Shown here piece after piece: positions 49,530 through 58,856 of a stretch of DNA of 64,000 bases. The stretch covers positions 2,560,675-2,624,674 of the forward strand of contig OZ244889.1 of NCBI GenBank assembly GCA_965221425.1, in the 5' to 3' direction. The stretch comes from Candidatus Poribacteria bacterium. Lineage in GTDB: Bacteria; Poribacteria; WGA-4E; WGA-3G. Numbering within the stretch: position 1 is the first letter of the stretch; each line of letters opens with the position of its first letter. Below the pieces are notes generated by a model, which saw nothing but the letters and a program-made list of their open reading frames with translations, was not told the DNA's origin and did no database searches. A program made the translations under genes and the position numbers.

Positions 49530-50648
49530 TTATAGTATTTTCCCTTCACGAATCGTTAAAGTAGCATTAATTTTCTGAGCACCGATAAATTTTGTTCCGT
49601 GTGCATCGTAGAATTCGAATTCGCCATCAACCAATTCAAAAACAGCAACATCCGCGGTTGTCCCAATTTTCAGGCTGCCGAGTTGTTTCTCGCGTTTGAT
49701 CGTTTTAGCGGCATTAAAAGTTGCTTTTTCAATTACTTTCTCAAACGAAAGTCCGAGGTGCATTAGTTTTGATAAAGTTGTTGGTAGGTCGTAAACGGGA
49801 CCATTAATATTGCCGGTATGTAAATCAGTACTGATAACATCGGAAATAAAACCTTGTTCCATCGCGCGCTGTGCAATTTCGTAATGAAAACTTCCCGCTC
49901 CGTGCCCAACATCAAAGATCACACCCTCTTGCTGTGCCTGCCATGCCTCTGGGATAACCTTTCCTTTTTCATCAACGATATTATCCCCATTTCCTTGAAA
50001 GCAGTGGGTAATTACATCACCCGGTCTCATTAATTCCAAAACATCTGGAAGTGGAATACCTGCACCGATATGGCACATCACAGACATTCCAGCCTGCTCG
50101 GCCGCTTGGATAGCAAGTTTTAGCGGTTGAATACCGTTTTCACCTACCTGCGTTTTACCTTGCCGCACTTTTACACCGACGGTGATGTCGCGATTAGCTT
50201 TTAACGTATCAGCAACGCGATCCGGGTCTGCATAGGCAAGATCATGCATCTCTCCCACTGGACCATAGACAAGCCCAATACCAGAAATGTGGACGTAGTT
50301 TAAAATGTTAGTTTGTGCGGGTTCTGCAATAAATTCACGGAATCCTGGAAAAGTTGCCCAGCTGGCACTACCAGCATCAATAACGGTTGTTGTGCCTGAA
50401 GCGGAACAGACGTTGTCTGCTTTGATACCCCACGTTGTCACACCGTAGTAGACATGTGTATGGATGTCAATCAACCCCGGTGTGACGTATTGATTCTTAA
50501 CAGAAACGGTCTGTTTCGCCAAAGTTTTTGGAATATCGTGGTCAATAGCGGTGATAACTCCATCTGTAATCGCAACATCACGAAGGGCATTTAATCCTTG
50601 CGCGGAATCAATGACAGTCCCACCTTTGAGTAGAATATCATATTTCAT
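49530..50648 (-). CDS. Amidohydrolase-family metallo-dependent hydrolase
   Basis: GLIDIHTHV metal-binding motif, MCHIGAG, DVGHG. Confidence 0.8.
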   Translation of the reverse strand: MKYDILLKGGTVIDSAQGLNALRDVAITDGVITAIDHDIPKTLAKQTVSVKNQYVTPGLIDIHTHVYYGVTTWGIKADNVCSASGTTTVIDAGSASWATFPGFREFIAEPAQTNILNYVHISGIGLVYGPVGEMHDLAYADPDRVADTLKANRDITVGVKVRQGKTQVGENGIQPLKLAIQAAEQAGMSVMCHIGAGIPLPDVLELMRPGDVITHCFQGNGDNIVDEKGKVIPEAWQAQQEGVIFDVGHGAGSFHYEIAQRAMEQGFISDVISTDLHTGNINGPVYDLPTTLSKLMHLGLSFEKVIEKATFNAAKTIKREKQLGSLKIGTTADVAVFELVDGEFEFYDAHGTKFIGAQKINATLTIREGKIL

Positions 50649-50651
50649 GTG

Positions 50652-51332
50652 TTAAACACCACGTTTTTCACCCCAGATATCAACATGCACACGCGGTGAA
50701 TAGCGATACCCATTTTCTTTGCAGAGTTCAACTAACCATTCCTGCTTCTGATTTAGCACCCGTGAGGTTTTGCCTTGAGGCATCAACATGATAGTTTCTG
50801 CTGGAATGCCGATATCTCCCTGCAAGGTTTGAATTTCCGCAAGGTCGTCCGGTGTGTCTACGACAAACTTTACTTGGCACGTATAAGTGTCCAAAAACTT
50901 GCGGATAACTTCAGGACAGATACGTCACCGTTCGTGCCGTTTATAAAAACGATTTTCTAATGAGGGATTAGAATTACGCAACTTAGGACTCATTGAAATT
51001 AAATGGGCAGCAACTTTCGCGAAGAACGTTGCATTTGTTTCAATTGTGATGTGGTGCCCTTGTTTATCTAACTCACGACAAAGAACTATCAATTCCTTGG
51101 TTTGAATAAACGGTTCCCCACCAGTGATAACAACATGCTTGCATCCGAATTGTGCAATCGCTGCAACGCTTTCGGCAACAGTAATATCCTTGTTTTCAGG
51201 TTGCCAAGATGTGTAGGGTGTGTCACACCAAGTACATCTCAGATTGCAGTAACTTGTTCGGAAGAAAACAGATGGAACTCCTATGAGTTGTCCTTCACCC
51301 TGAATTGTATGAAACAGTTCGCTATATTTCAT
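50652..51332 (-). CDS. queE: 7-carboxy-7-deazaguanine synthase QueE (radical SAM), reading frame contains one in-frame TGA at 50925-50927
   Basis: MKYSELFHTIQGEG, CNLRCTWCDT CX3CX2C, GGEP, IETN. The C-terminus ...HVDIWGEKRGV matches the QueE end. N and C parts share one frame across TGA (..KRHER-TGA-RICPEVIRKF..). Confidence 0.7.
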
Positions 51333-51387
51333 AGGGGCCTCACTGTTAGAATTAGGAAGAAGGAGACACACTGTTTCTCAAAAGCAT

Positions 51388-51759
51388 TTAAGCCTCAATG
51401 AGCTCAATCTGAACGTTATCCGGTCCCTTGAAAAATGCCATCATGAGTCCAGAAGGTTTTAGGTCTTCAAGCTCAGCACCTTTTTCTTGTAGCTCGGCGA
51501 CAGCAGCGTCAAGGTCTTGGACAGTAAAAGCAAGTTGATAGACACCCCAGCGGGGATTGCCGCTTGTCGGTTCAACATCCATATCGCCAAATTTGGGTGA
51601 AAGGAAAATGTTTTCACCGCCAATTTCCATCCGTACAATTTTTAAGCCTCTGACTTCAACGGTATCGGTAACCTTTCCGTCAAACATCTTTTGGTAATAT
51701 TCGATTGCACCGTCAAGGTCTTCACATCTGAGATGTATATGATGAAATGTAAATGCCAT
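51388..51759 (-). CDS. VOC family protein (glyoxalase-like), singleton
   Basis: FHHIHLRCEDLDGAIEYYQKMFDGK... Confidence 0.65.
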   Translation of the reverse strand: MAFTFHHIHLRCEDLDGAIEYYQKMFDGKVTDTVEVRGLKIVRMEIGGENIFLSPKFGDMDVEPTSGNPRWGVYQLAFTVQDLDAAVAELQEKGAELEDLKPSGLMMAFFKGPDNVQIELIEA

Positions 51760-51955
51760 AAAAGGACTCCTTATCCAAGAATTGTTTGTATCGTTTCGTG
51801 GACAACTTTTGCCAAATGGTTGCGAAGAGGAAAGTTTGGTTAATTCAGTTCTCTAAAGCACCATTGACAAAATGCCAAGATGTTGTTATTATACCACATA
51901 CGATAAATGAAATCAAGTGAGTGGAATTGTGGTGTGTAAAGTTTTTTGCATGTGT

Positions 51956-52100
51956 GTCTGTATCGCGGATTACACGGAGGACGCGGAGGGGAGGTTGGCA
52001 ATATTAGTTTCTTTTCAAAAGATTTCGGCAAACTTTGAATAGGAATTTGGGAGTTCCAAACTCAATAATCCGCGAAATCTGTGTAATCCGCGATTCAGAC
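51956..52100. mobile_element. Family-B MITE-like element (TIRs gtctgtatcgcggattacacgg / ccgcgaaatctgtgtaatccgcgattcagac)
   Basis: About 145 bp with no ORF. It overlaps the 5' end of track ORF 52035. Confidence 0.65.
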
Positions 52101-52178
52101 AGCAAATGGGAAACGTCTCAGCCAACGCATCTTACCCAAACTTTTGCCAAAATATTTACACACCCGAATTGTGGAATT

Positions 52179-54368
52179 ATGTCATTAGGTGAATACACAA
52201 CATTTCAATCCGAACAGGTAGAGTTGTTAGCATCAGAACTTGCAAAACGAGAGTTGCCAATAATTGATCAATTTGAACCGATTGCCGATTTTGAAGAACT
52301 CCTTACCTTTTCTGAAGCGCATCCCATCCCAATTGAATTCGCTGAACAACATCCTGCATGGCATCTTGAATCTGTGGCAGCACGCGTAATAGAGGCAATA
52401 GCACTCGCTGTGCATGAACCACTCAATGATATTGGCTGGCGATTACTTGCCCAAATTCTGTTAGAGCATACGGAATATCTCTGGACATTTCCTGAAGCAC
52501 CCACAGCACGCGAAAAATTGGCGGCTGCCAATGCGTTGGCATTAGCGAGTAGCGTTTGTACTTTGTTACCACAATCCGAACTATGGCGACTCGCGGGATT
52601 TGGACGGATCGCTGCGAATCTCAGTGAAGTAGCCCCGACATCATCGGATATGCATGTTGTCCAACCGCTTGCAGCAGCTTTTACCCTCGCCAATAAACGA
52701 AACCTTCCAATTCTGGATTCCACAATTAAATGCTACAACACGGTTATGAACCGTCGTTTTTCTGCTAATAATAAGCTAAAGTTTCCGTTATGCGATCATA
52801 CGTTCTTCCATTATCTGAATCTGGACTTTCCGGGATTGGAAAATGTTAAATCTGCTTTTTTAAAGGGAGATATAGCCTCAGCTAAATCGGCATATACAAA
52901 ATTTCGCACAAAGTTTCTAAAGTATTTTGAAGAAACCTCACATTTAGAACAAGCAGATACATTTAACACCACAAAATTATATCTTGAATGTTTGCTTAAA
53001 TTGTCTATTTATCCAACACCCTCAATTTATGCAACTACAGAAATCGGAATTGCATCACTTCTCTTCCCAGAATTTCGGTTTAGTGAACAACTTTCCATGT
53101 TAGCATCTCGCCGCTACAAGTGGATCGTTGATGCATTTTTCTATCCGGATGGTTTTCACAAAGATACATCACTACGTTCCCAAACAGAAGCAATTACCCA
53201 TTTTTCCAGATTCCTGCAAATATATCAAAGCCTAAAGCATTTAAGGTATTTTCAAAATGCTGAAGAGATAAAGGTGTTGTTACAGAAGCTGTTAGAAACA
53301 TGTATCTATATTCGTCAACCAGATTTATCTTTTCCACCTGTCGGCACTAATGTTCCTGATAATTTGAATTTTGATGAACTGTGTAATCTTAATAATTTTA
53401 ATCGGCAAGATAGGAAGTGCGAGGCATTATCGTACGCGTTCCCTTATACCGGCTATTATGTCATGAGAGATAGTTGGGAATCTAATGCACAATATCTACT
53501 TTTTGATAGCGGCCCGTTGGGAAAATCGGGATATGAAGATAAGTTGAGTTTTGTGTTGTACGCACATGGACAACAACTGATTACACACGACCATAGAAAT
53601 AAAGATGAGAATTCATCCAGCACGGCAAGCGAAGCACACAACGTTATTCTGATAGATGGAGAAAGGCATTCGACCGAATCGGAAATTGTCCCTGACCCAG
53701 ATACACGCTGGATTATGACTTCTGAATTTAATTTTGTGGAAGGATGGTACAAAACATCTAATTACCACCATAAACGTTCTATTTTTTCTGTTAAAGGGGA
53801 GTACTTTATCTTACATGACCTTGTTCTCGGTGATGGAAAGCACTTGCTGGAGCAAATTTTTCATCTTGGCGCATGCGGGGAGCAAATTATCACACCACAT
53901 ATTGCGACAGATGCTGGGCAGGTATGGACACAGAAATCTGGACATAGTAGTATATTTATCGGCGCTGTTGACGCGACTAACCTTGACGTTAAATTGAATG
54001 ATAATCGTCTCACATATCAAACTCAATGTGAATTACCTGCAGTTTTTAATGTGGTTCTATTTCCGATGAAACCCAACGTGGAACACCGTCCCGAGATTCA
54101 TTCTGTTTCGGTCAATACTGATCCAGATGTATTAGCAACCGGTTTCACAGTCCAATCTAATGACGTAACAGATACATTTCTAATCTCTGATGATGGCTTC
54201 GCAGCGATGTCAACTTCGGAGACAGATGTAAAAATAGAATTTGAGGGAGAGCACCTGTTTTTACGTGGAGACAAATTCATGATGCTCAATGGGAGGTATC
54301 TTAAAGTGGGAACAAAAGTACTTGCCGAGTTAAATGAACCAAGAGAACGTTATGTGAATATGGATTAA
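52179..54368 (+). CDS. Heparinase II/III-like family protein (alginate-lyase-like N-domain + Hepar_II_III C-domain)
   Basis: YLLFDSGPLGKSGYEDKLSFVLYAHGQQLITHD...HNVILIDGE matches the heparinase II/III C-domain core. Start moved to ATG 52179, downstream of the MITE. Confidence 0.65.
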   Translation: MSLGEYTTFQSEQVELLASELAKRELPIIDQFEPIADFEELLTFSEAHPIPIEFAEQHPAWHLESVAARVIEAIALAVHEPLNDIGWRLLAQILLEHTEYLWTFPEAPTAREKLAAANALALASSVCTLLPQSELWRLAGFGRIAANLSEVAPTSSDMHVVQPLAAAFTLANKRNLPILDSTIKCYNTVMNRRFSANNKLKFPLCDHTFFHYLNLDFPGLENVKSAFLKGDIASAKSAYTKFRTKFLKYFEETSHLEQADTFNTTKLYLECLLKLSIYPTPSIYATTEIGIASLLFPEFRFSEQLSMLASRRYKWIVDAFFYPDGFHKDTSLRSQTEAITHFSRFLQIYQSLKHLRYFQNAEEIKVLLQKLLETCIYIRQPDLSFPPVGTNVPDNLNFDELCNLNNFNRQDRKCEALSYAFPYTGYYVMRDSWESNAQYLLFDSGPLGKSGYEDKLSFVLYAHGQQLITHDHRNKDENSSSTASEAHNVILIDGERHSTESEIVPDPDTRWIMTSEFNFVEGWYKTSNYHHKRSIFSVKGEYFILHDLVLGDGKHLLEQIFHLGACGEQIITPHIATDAGQVWTQKSGHSSIFIGAVDATNLDVKLNDNRLTYQTQCELPAVFNVVLFPMKPNVEHRPEIHSVSVNTDPDVLATGFTVQSNDVTDTFLISDDGFAAMSTSETDVKIEFEGEHLFLRGDKFMMLNGRYLKVGTKVLAELNEPRERYVNMD

Positions 54369-54475
54369 GTTAGTCCTTTAGAGGACATATCAAGCGGACA
54401 GGCGAAAATTGAGATTAATTTCAAAATCTGTTATACTATATTCACACTAAACTTTGATGTATTGGAGGGTATATT

Positions 54476-55120
54476 TTGAAATATTTACGTAGTATTGTAA
54501 CTTGGATTGCTTCATTTGAATCTGGCGGACAGTTTCGGAAGTGGGTATCAATTCTTCTCAAGATTCTGGGCGTGCTTACTTTGATTGGCGCTGTTGTGTG
54601 GGGAATTATGATTTTGGTTGGATCATTAGCTGCCAGAAGCTATGTGGGTATGGGTACTCAGACGCTTGTTGTAATTGGTTCAATTGTGGCACTTTGCATT
54701 AACATTATCGTTGGGACAATTCTCACAATGTTGTTTTGGAACAGAGCCAATAAAATCAGCGCGCTTGGCGAGGAGTCACATCTTACTTTAATACCAATTG
54801 CGGTTATCCTAATCCGATTGTTTGGTGAAGTAGGATTTCTTTCACTCATTGGAACAGGTATTCAAGGATTAGTGTCTTCAATTTTCGGTTCGGGATTTCC
54901 GGGTATTTTGAACTTTGCGCTGCGTGACTTGCAAATGTACGGCAACGCTAGCTTTATCATTGGAGTGATTTTTTTAGTTATGTATGTTCTCGGTGGGGCA
55001 ATAGTTTTGATTTTCCATTATTTCATAGCAGAGCTTATCAACCTATTTGCGGATATGGCAACGAACCTTAAAAAGATTGAAACAACGTTATCAGCTGAGG
55101 AAACAACTTCAGATTCGTAG
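54476..55120 (+). CDS. Hypothetical integral membrane protein (4-5 TM)
   Basis: Hydrophobic segments throughout; no known motif. Confidence 0.45.
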   Translation: MKYLRSIVTWIASFESGGQFRKWVSILLKILGVLTLIGAVVWGIMILVGSLAARSYVGMGTQTLVVIGSIVALCINIIVGTILTMLFWNRANKISALGEESHLTLIPIAVILIRLFGEVGFLSLIGTGIQGLVSSIFGSGFPGILNFALRDLQMYGNASFIIGVIFLVMYVLGGAIVLIFHYFIAELINLFADMATNLKKIETTLSAEETTSDS

Positions 55121-55245
55121 TATTTTAAAGGGTATCGCTGCGTCAAGCTATACTCAGGAGAAAAATAATGACCAATCAACGTATCTTGTTAGCAAAAGTA
55201 AAACCCACAAATTTTATGATAGGTATCAATAGTGTATGGAAAGCA

Positions 55246-56361
55246 ATGAAGTTTTTATCAGTTCTTTGTATGATAAGCGCATTGCTTATTGGTTGTGGGC
55301 AACCAAATTTGAATGATCCGAAAGTTCGTGAGAAAATACTTGTTAAAGCGATAGACGAAGATAACCTCCAAACTCGAAAAACACCGTCGGGAGAAGAGCT
55401 GCGTTATGCACCGAATCAGGAACAACCTTATACCGGGTGGGTAAAAGACGAACGTGTCCTACAGCAATATCAGAATGGGAAACCGAATGGGATTTATATC
55501 AGTTGGTACAGTAACGGACAGAATTCGGAAAAGGGCACTATCAGGAACGGTGAGAAAATTGGTATGTGGGCTTTTTGGGATGACAACGGACAAAAAAAGC
55601 GTGAAGGTATCTATAGGAACGGTATTCAAGACGGTTTGTGGACCTATTGGAACGAAAGTGGACAACAGATATTTAAAATAAATTTTGCTGACATCGAAAG
55701 CATGTCGGCAAAATTGGAAAATCCAAAAGTTCGCGAAATAATTTTCGCTGAAGCAATAGACTCGCGTATGCTGGAGGGACGGCATTCTCCATTGGGTGAG
55801 GAACTAGTTTACGCGCCAAATCAAAAACAACCTTATACCGGATGGGCAAAACTACAAGGTAGCGATGTGTATTTTACAAATACTGATATCAGAGAGGATA
55901 TTCTTGTGACAGAAAATGTTCATTTCAAAGAAGATGGTATGCCGATCAGACCTTTTCTACGTGGTCTCATACAGATTCGACATGGTGAGATACACGGTTT
56001 AGTTACTTACTGGTACACGGATGGGCAAAAGCAAAGAGAAGGAACTATAAAGAATGGTAATAAGGATAGTTTGTGGACCGAATGGTTTGAGAATGGTCAA
56101 AAGAGATGTAAAATATCTTACAAAAATGGAGATTTAGATGGTATATTATCCGAGTGGTATGAGAGTGGCCAAAAAGCAAATGAAGGAAACTACAAGAGTG
56201 GTAAGGAAGACGGTATGTGGACTTATTGGTATGAAAACGGCCAAAAAGCGAGTGAAGGAAACTACAAGAGTGGCAAGGAAGACGGTATGTGGACAACGTG
56301 GAACGAAAACGGAGAGGAGATATCGCGAAAAACCTATAAGGATGGTGAAGAAATACCCTGA
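55246..56361 (+). CDS. MORN-variant / YwqK-like repeat lipoprotein
   Basis: MKFLSVLCMISALLIGC lipobox. At least 8 repeats of G.K.GEG.Y..NG...G.W..W. Two near-identical 66-bp tandem units at 56165-56290. Confidence 0.7.
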   Translation: MKFLSVLCMISALLIGCGQPNLNDPKVREKILVKAIDEDNLQTRKTPSGEELRYAPNQEQPYTGWVKDERVLQQYQNGKPNGIYISWYSNGQNSEKGTIRNGEKIGMWAFWDDNGQKKREGIYRNGIQDGLWTYWNESGQQIFKINFADIESMSAKLENPKVREIIFAEAIDSRMLEGRHSPLGEELVYAPNQKQPYTGWAKLQGSDVYFTNTDIREDILVTENVHFKEDGMPIRPFLRGLIQIRHGEIHGLVTYWYTDGQKQREGTIKNGNKDSLWTEWFENGQKRCKISYKNGDLDGILSEWYESGQKANEGNYKSGKEDGMWTYWYENGQKASEGNYKSGKEDGMWTTWNENGEEISRKTYKDGEEIP

Positions 56362-56399
56362 TACTTATTTTCACATCATTTTAAGAAAAGGAGCAAACA

Positions 56400-58409
56400 A
56401 TGGCTGAACAACACCACGAACTCGCTCACGTTTTTGCTGAGCCTTCACAAACAGTTAACGATGCACGAGGCGCTGTCGCACGCGATCTCAACACACCTTG
56501 GACTTTTCCAAACTACACCAAAGCGGAGTGGACAGAAAAAGCCGAAGCATTACGTCAGCAGATTCGCGTTGCAAACGGACTGCTACCAAAGCAAGAACCG
56601 ACACCGCTCAACGCGCAAATCTTTGGAAAAATTGAACGTGAAGATTATACGGTTGAAAAGGTGTCCTTTGAACCTTTTCCTGGCTTTTTTACAACAGGTA
56701 ACCTCTATCGTCCAAAGGGAAAAACCGGACCATTTCCAGGCATTGTTAGTCCGCATGGACATTGGGGACGCGGACGCTTAGAAGATATCGAACGTGGTTC
56801 GATTCCTGCTCGTTGTATCAATTTTGCTAAACAGGGTTATGTTATCTTTGCTTACGATATGATAGGCTATAATGATAGTGGCAAGCAGCTTGACCATCGT
56901 TTCGGCGGCGCAAAAGAAGCTTTATGGGGATTAAGCGCAATGGGGCTGCAACTTCAAAATGGCATTCGCGCTATTGATTTCCTACAAAGCCTACCGGATG
57001 TGGACAAGGAACGTATCGGTTGCACAGGCGCATCGGGCGGTGGAACGCAAACCTTTATTTTAACGGCAATTGATGAACGGATTAAAGTCTCCGTGCCTGT
57101 CAATATGATTTCTGCAACTATGCAGGGTGGGTGTCTGTGCGAAAATGCACCGAATTTGCGATTGGAAGCAAGCAACCTTGAAATTGGGGCATTGATGGCA
57201 CCACGTCCACTTCTGCTTGTGTCTTGTACAGGGGATTGGACAGCAAATACACCGACGGTTGAATATCCTGCTATCCGAAGCATTTATGCCCACTTTGATG
57301 CGGAAGATAAGGTGCATCAGGTTCAGGTTGACGCTGAACATAACTACAATAAAGAGAGTCGCGAGGCAGTGTATGCGTGGTTCGCAAAATGGTTGTTAGG
57401 TGTAGAGGATACGTCTGCGTTCAAAGAGGTGCCTTATCAGGTGGAATCGGATGATGATCTATTGGTTTTCTCTGATCGTGATCTGCCTAAGCATGCACTA
57501 AAACAGGATGACATTCTAACTGCTTGGGGGGGACTATCTAACAAAGCGATTAAAAAGCGTAAACCAACGAATGCAGAAGAACATCAGCAGTTTAGAGAAG
57601 AGATGGGCAGTGCGCTGCAACATTCACTCGGATTGCATTTACCAAATAGCAGTGAGATAACTCTTGTTGAACCTGAAGGTGCTTTTCCGACAACCTATCA
57701 GCCACGCTATTCTGCGCGTCACGTTATCATCGGCAGGCAAGGTATCGGAGACACTATTCCCGCAGTACTATTTCGTACAGAACCACTGGTAGGACATGAT
57801 CCGGTAGTTGTCATCGTGCATCCTGAAGGTAAAGAGAAGTTAATCGATTCCGAGATAGGTGAACCTATGCCAATGATAATCGATTTGATAAGTTCTGATC
57901 GTAAGGTACTGATTGTAGATGTTTTCGGAACGGGGGAACACGGTGAATATGAAAGGTCTGAAGATACGAACTTTTTTACGACCTACAACCGAACAACTGC
58001 GGCATTACGCGTGCAGGATATTTTGACGACGTTACTCTATTTTTCAACCAGAGGTGACGTTTCAGAAGTCAGTCTAATCGGAATCGGTGAGGCAGGTTTA
58101 TGGGGGCTACTTGCAGCAGGATTCACGAATATCAAAAACGTTGTCGTTGATGCAGCACAATTTGATAATAGTCACGAGGATGCCTATCTGAAAACTTTAC
58201 CCATTCCAAGTTTGCGTAAAGTAGGGGATTTTCGCACCGCTGGAACACTTATTGCTCCAAGAAATCTTATTATCCACAATACTGGTAATGTCTTTAACAC
58301 AACATGGATTGAAGAGGTGTATCAGGATATCGGTGCAGGACAACATTTACTTGTCCGAAATGAAAAGATGTCAGATGATGAGATAGCTGGAAGGATAGCG
58401 GAGTTGTAA
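56400..58409 (+). CDS. Alpha/beta-hydrolase fold protein (acetyl-xylan-esterase/peptidase-S9-like)
   Basis: GCTGASGGG nucleophile-elbow (GxSxG); a second C-terminal alpha/beta-like region. Confidence 0.6.
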   Translation: MAEQHHELAHVFAEPSQTVNDARGAVARDLNTPWTFPNYTKAEWTEKAEALRQQIRVANGLLPKQEPTPLNAQIFGKIEREDYTVEKVSFEPFPGFFTTGNLYRPKGKTGPFPGIVSPHGHWGRGRLEDIERGSIPARCINFAKQGYVIFAYDMIGYNDSGKQLDHRFGGAKEALWGLSAMGLQLQNGIRAIDFLQSLPDVDKERIGCTGASGGGTQTFILTAIDERIKVSVPVNMISATMQGGCLCENAPNLRLEASNLEIGALMAPRPLLLVSCTGDWTANTPTVEYPAIRSIYAHFDAEDKVHQVQVDAEHNYNKESREAVYAWFAKWLLGVEDTSAFKEVPYQVESDDDLLVFSDRDLPKHALKQDDILTAWGGLSNKAIKKRKPTNAEEHQQFREEMGSALQHSLGLHLPNSSEITLVEPEGAFPTTYQPRYSARHVIIGRQGIGDTIPAVLFRTEPLVGHDPVVVIVHPEGKEKLIDSEIGEPMPMIIDLISSDRKVLIVDVFGTGEHGEYERSEDTNFFTTYNRTTAALRVQDILTTLLYFSTRGDVSEVSLIGIGEAGLWGLLAAGFTNIKNVVVDAAQFDNSHEDAYLKTLPIPSLRKVGDFRTAGTLIAPRNLIIHNTGNVFNTTWIEEVYQDIGAGQHLLVRNEKMSDDEIAGRIAEL

Positions 58410-58424
58410 TTAACCCAAGTTACT

Positions 58425-58800
58425 ACAACAAGATTTTGTAGCGCAAACTTTATGAAGTTTAAGTAAATATTTCGGTAATTGGCAAGGTTAGGAAACCTTG
58501 CCAGCAGCAGGTGTGTATCTCTGCTGGCGAGGTTTCCTAACCTCGCTAAATTTACCCAATTTATTTTTTAATCTTCATTTAGGTTGCGTTCTATGGGTGC
58601 ACAAACTGGATGAAGATTAAGTTATTAATTCGGTAATTTTTCATTATGTATATTCAGAACATATTAAGTGCTCTTCAGTCTCGTGAATCAACGCCAAATA
58701 CCAAACGCGTATTTGGCGTTGATTCACGAGACTAAAGAAATTGCCGAAATATTTATTTAATCTTCATGAAGTTTGTGTTACTAAAGAGCAATTTAAGTTA
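58425..58800. repeat. Family-A composite element including a 25-bp perfect-stem palindrome (58689-58745, loop caaacgc)
   Basis: ggcaaggttaggaaaccttgccagcagc...ctgctggcgaggtttcctaacctcgc. agtctcgtgaatcaacgccaaatac / gtatttggcgttgattcacgagact. Confidence 0.8.
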
Positions 58801-58807
58801 ATCTGTA

Positions 58808-58832
58808 GGCGCGCTTTAGAAGCGCGCCTATT
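58808..58832 (-). terminator. GC-rich hairpin aggcgcgc-tttagaa-gcgcgcct downstream of amt (minus strand)
   Basis: 8-bp perfect stem. Confidence 0.5.
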
Positions 58833-58856
58833 CTTGTTAGGGATTTTTCACCTTGT

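Noticed and set aside
5984-58800. CRISPR array interpretation of the recurring palindromes
   Set aside because: The repeats are long and modular, and they are not regularly spaced with unique spacers. No cas genes are present.
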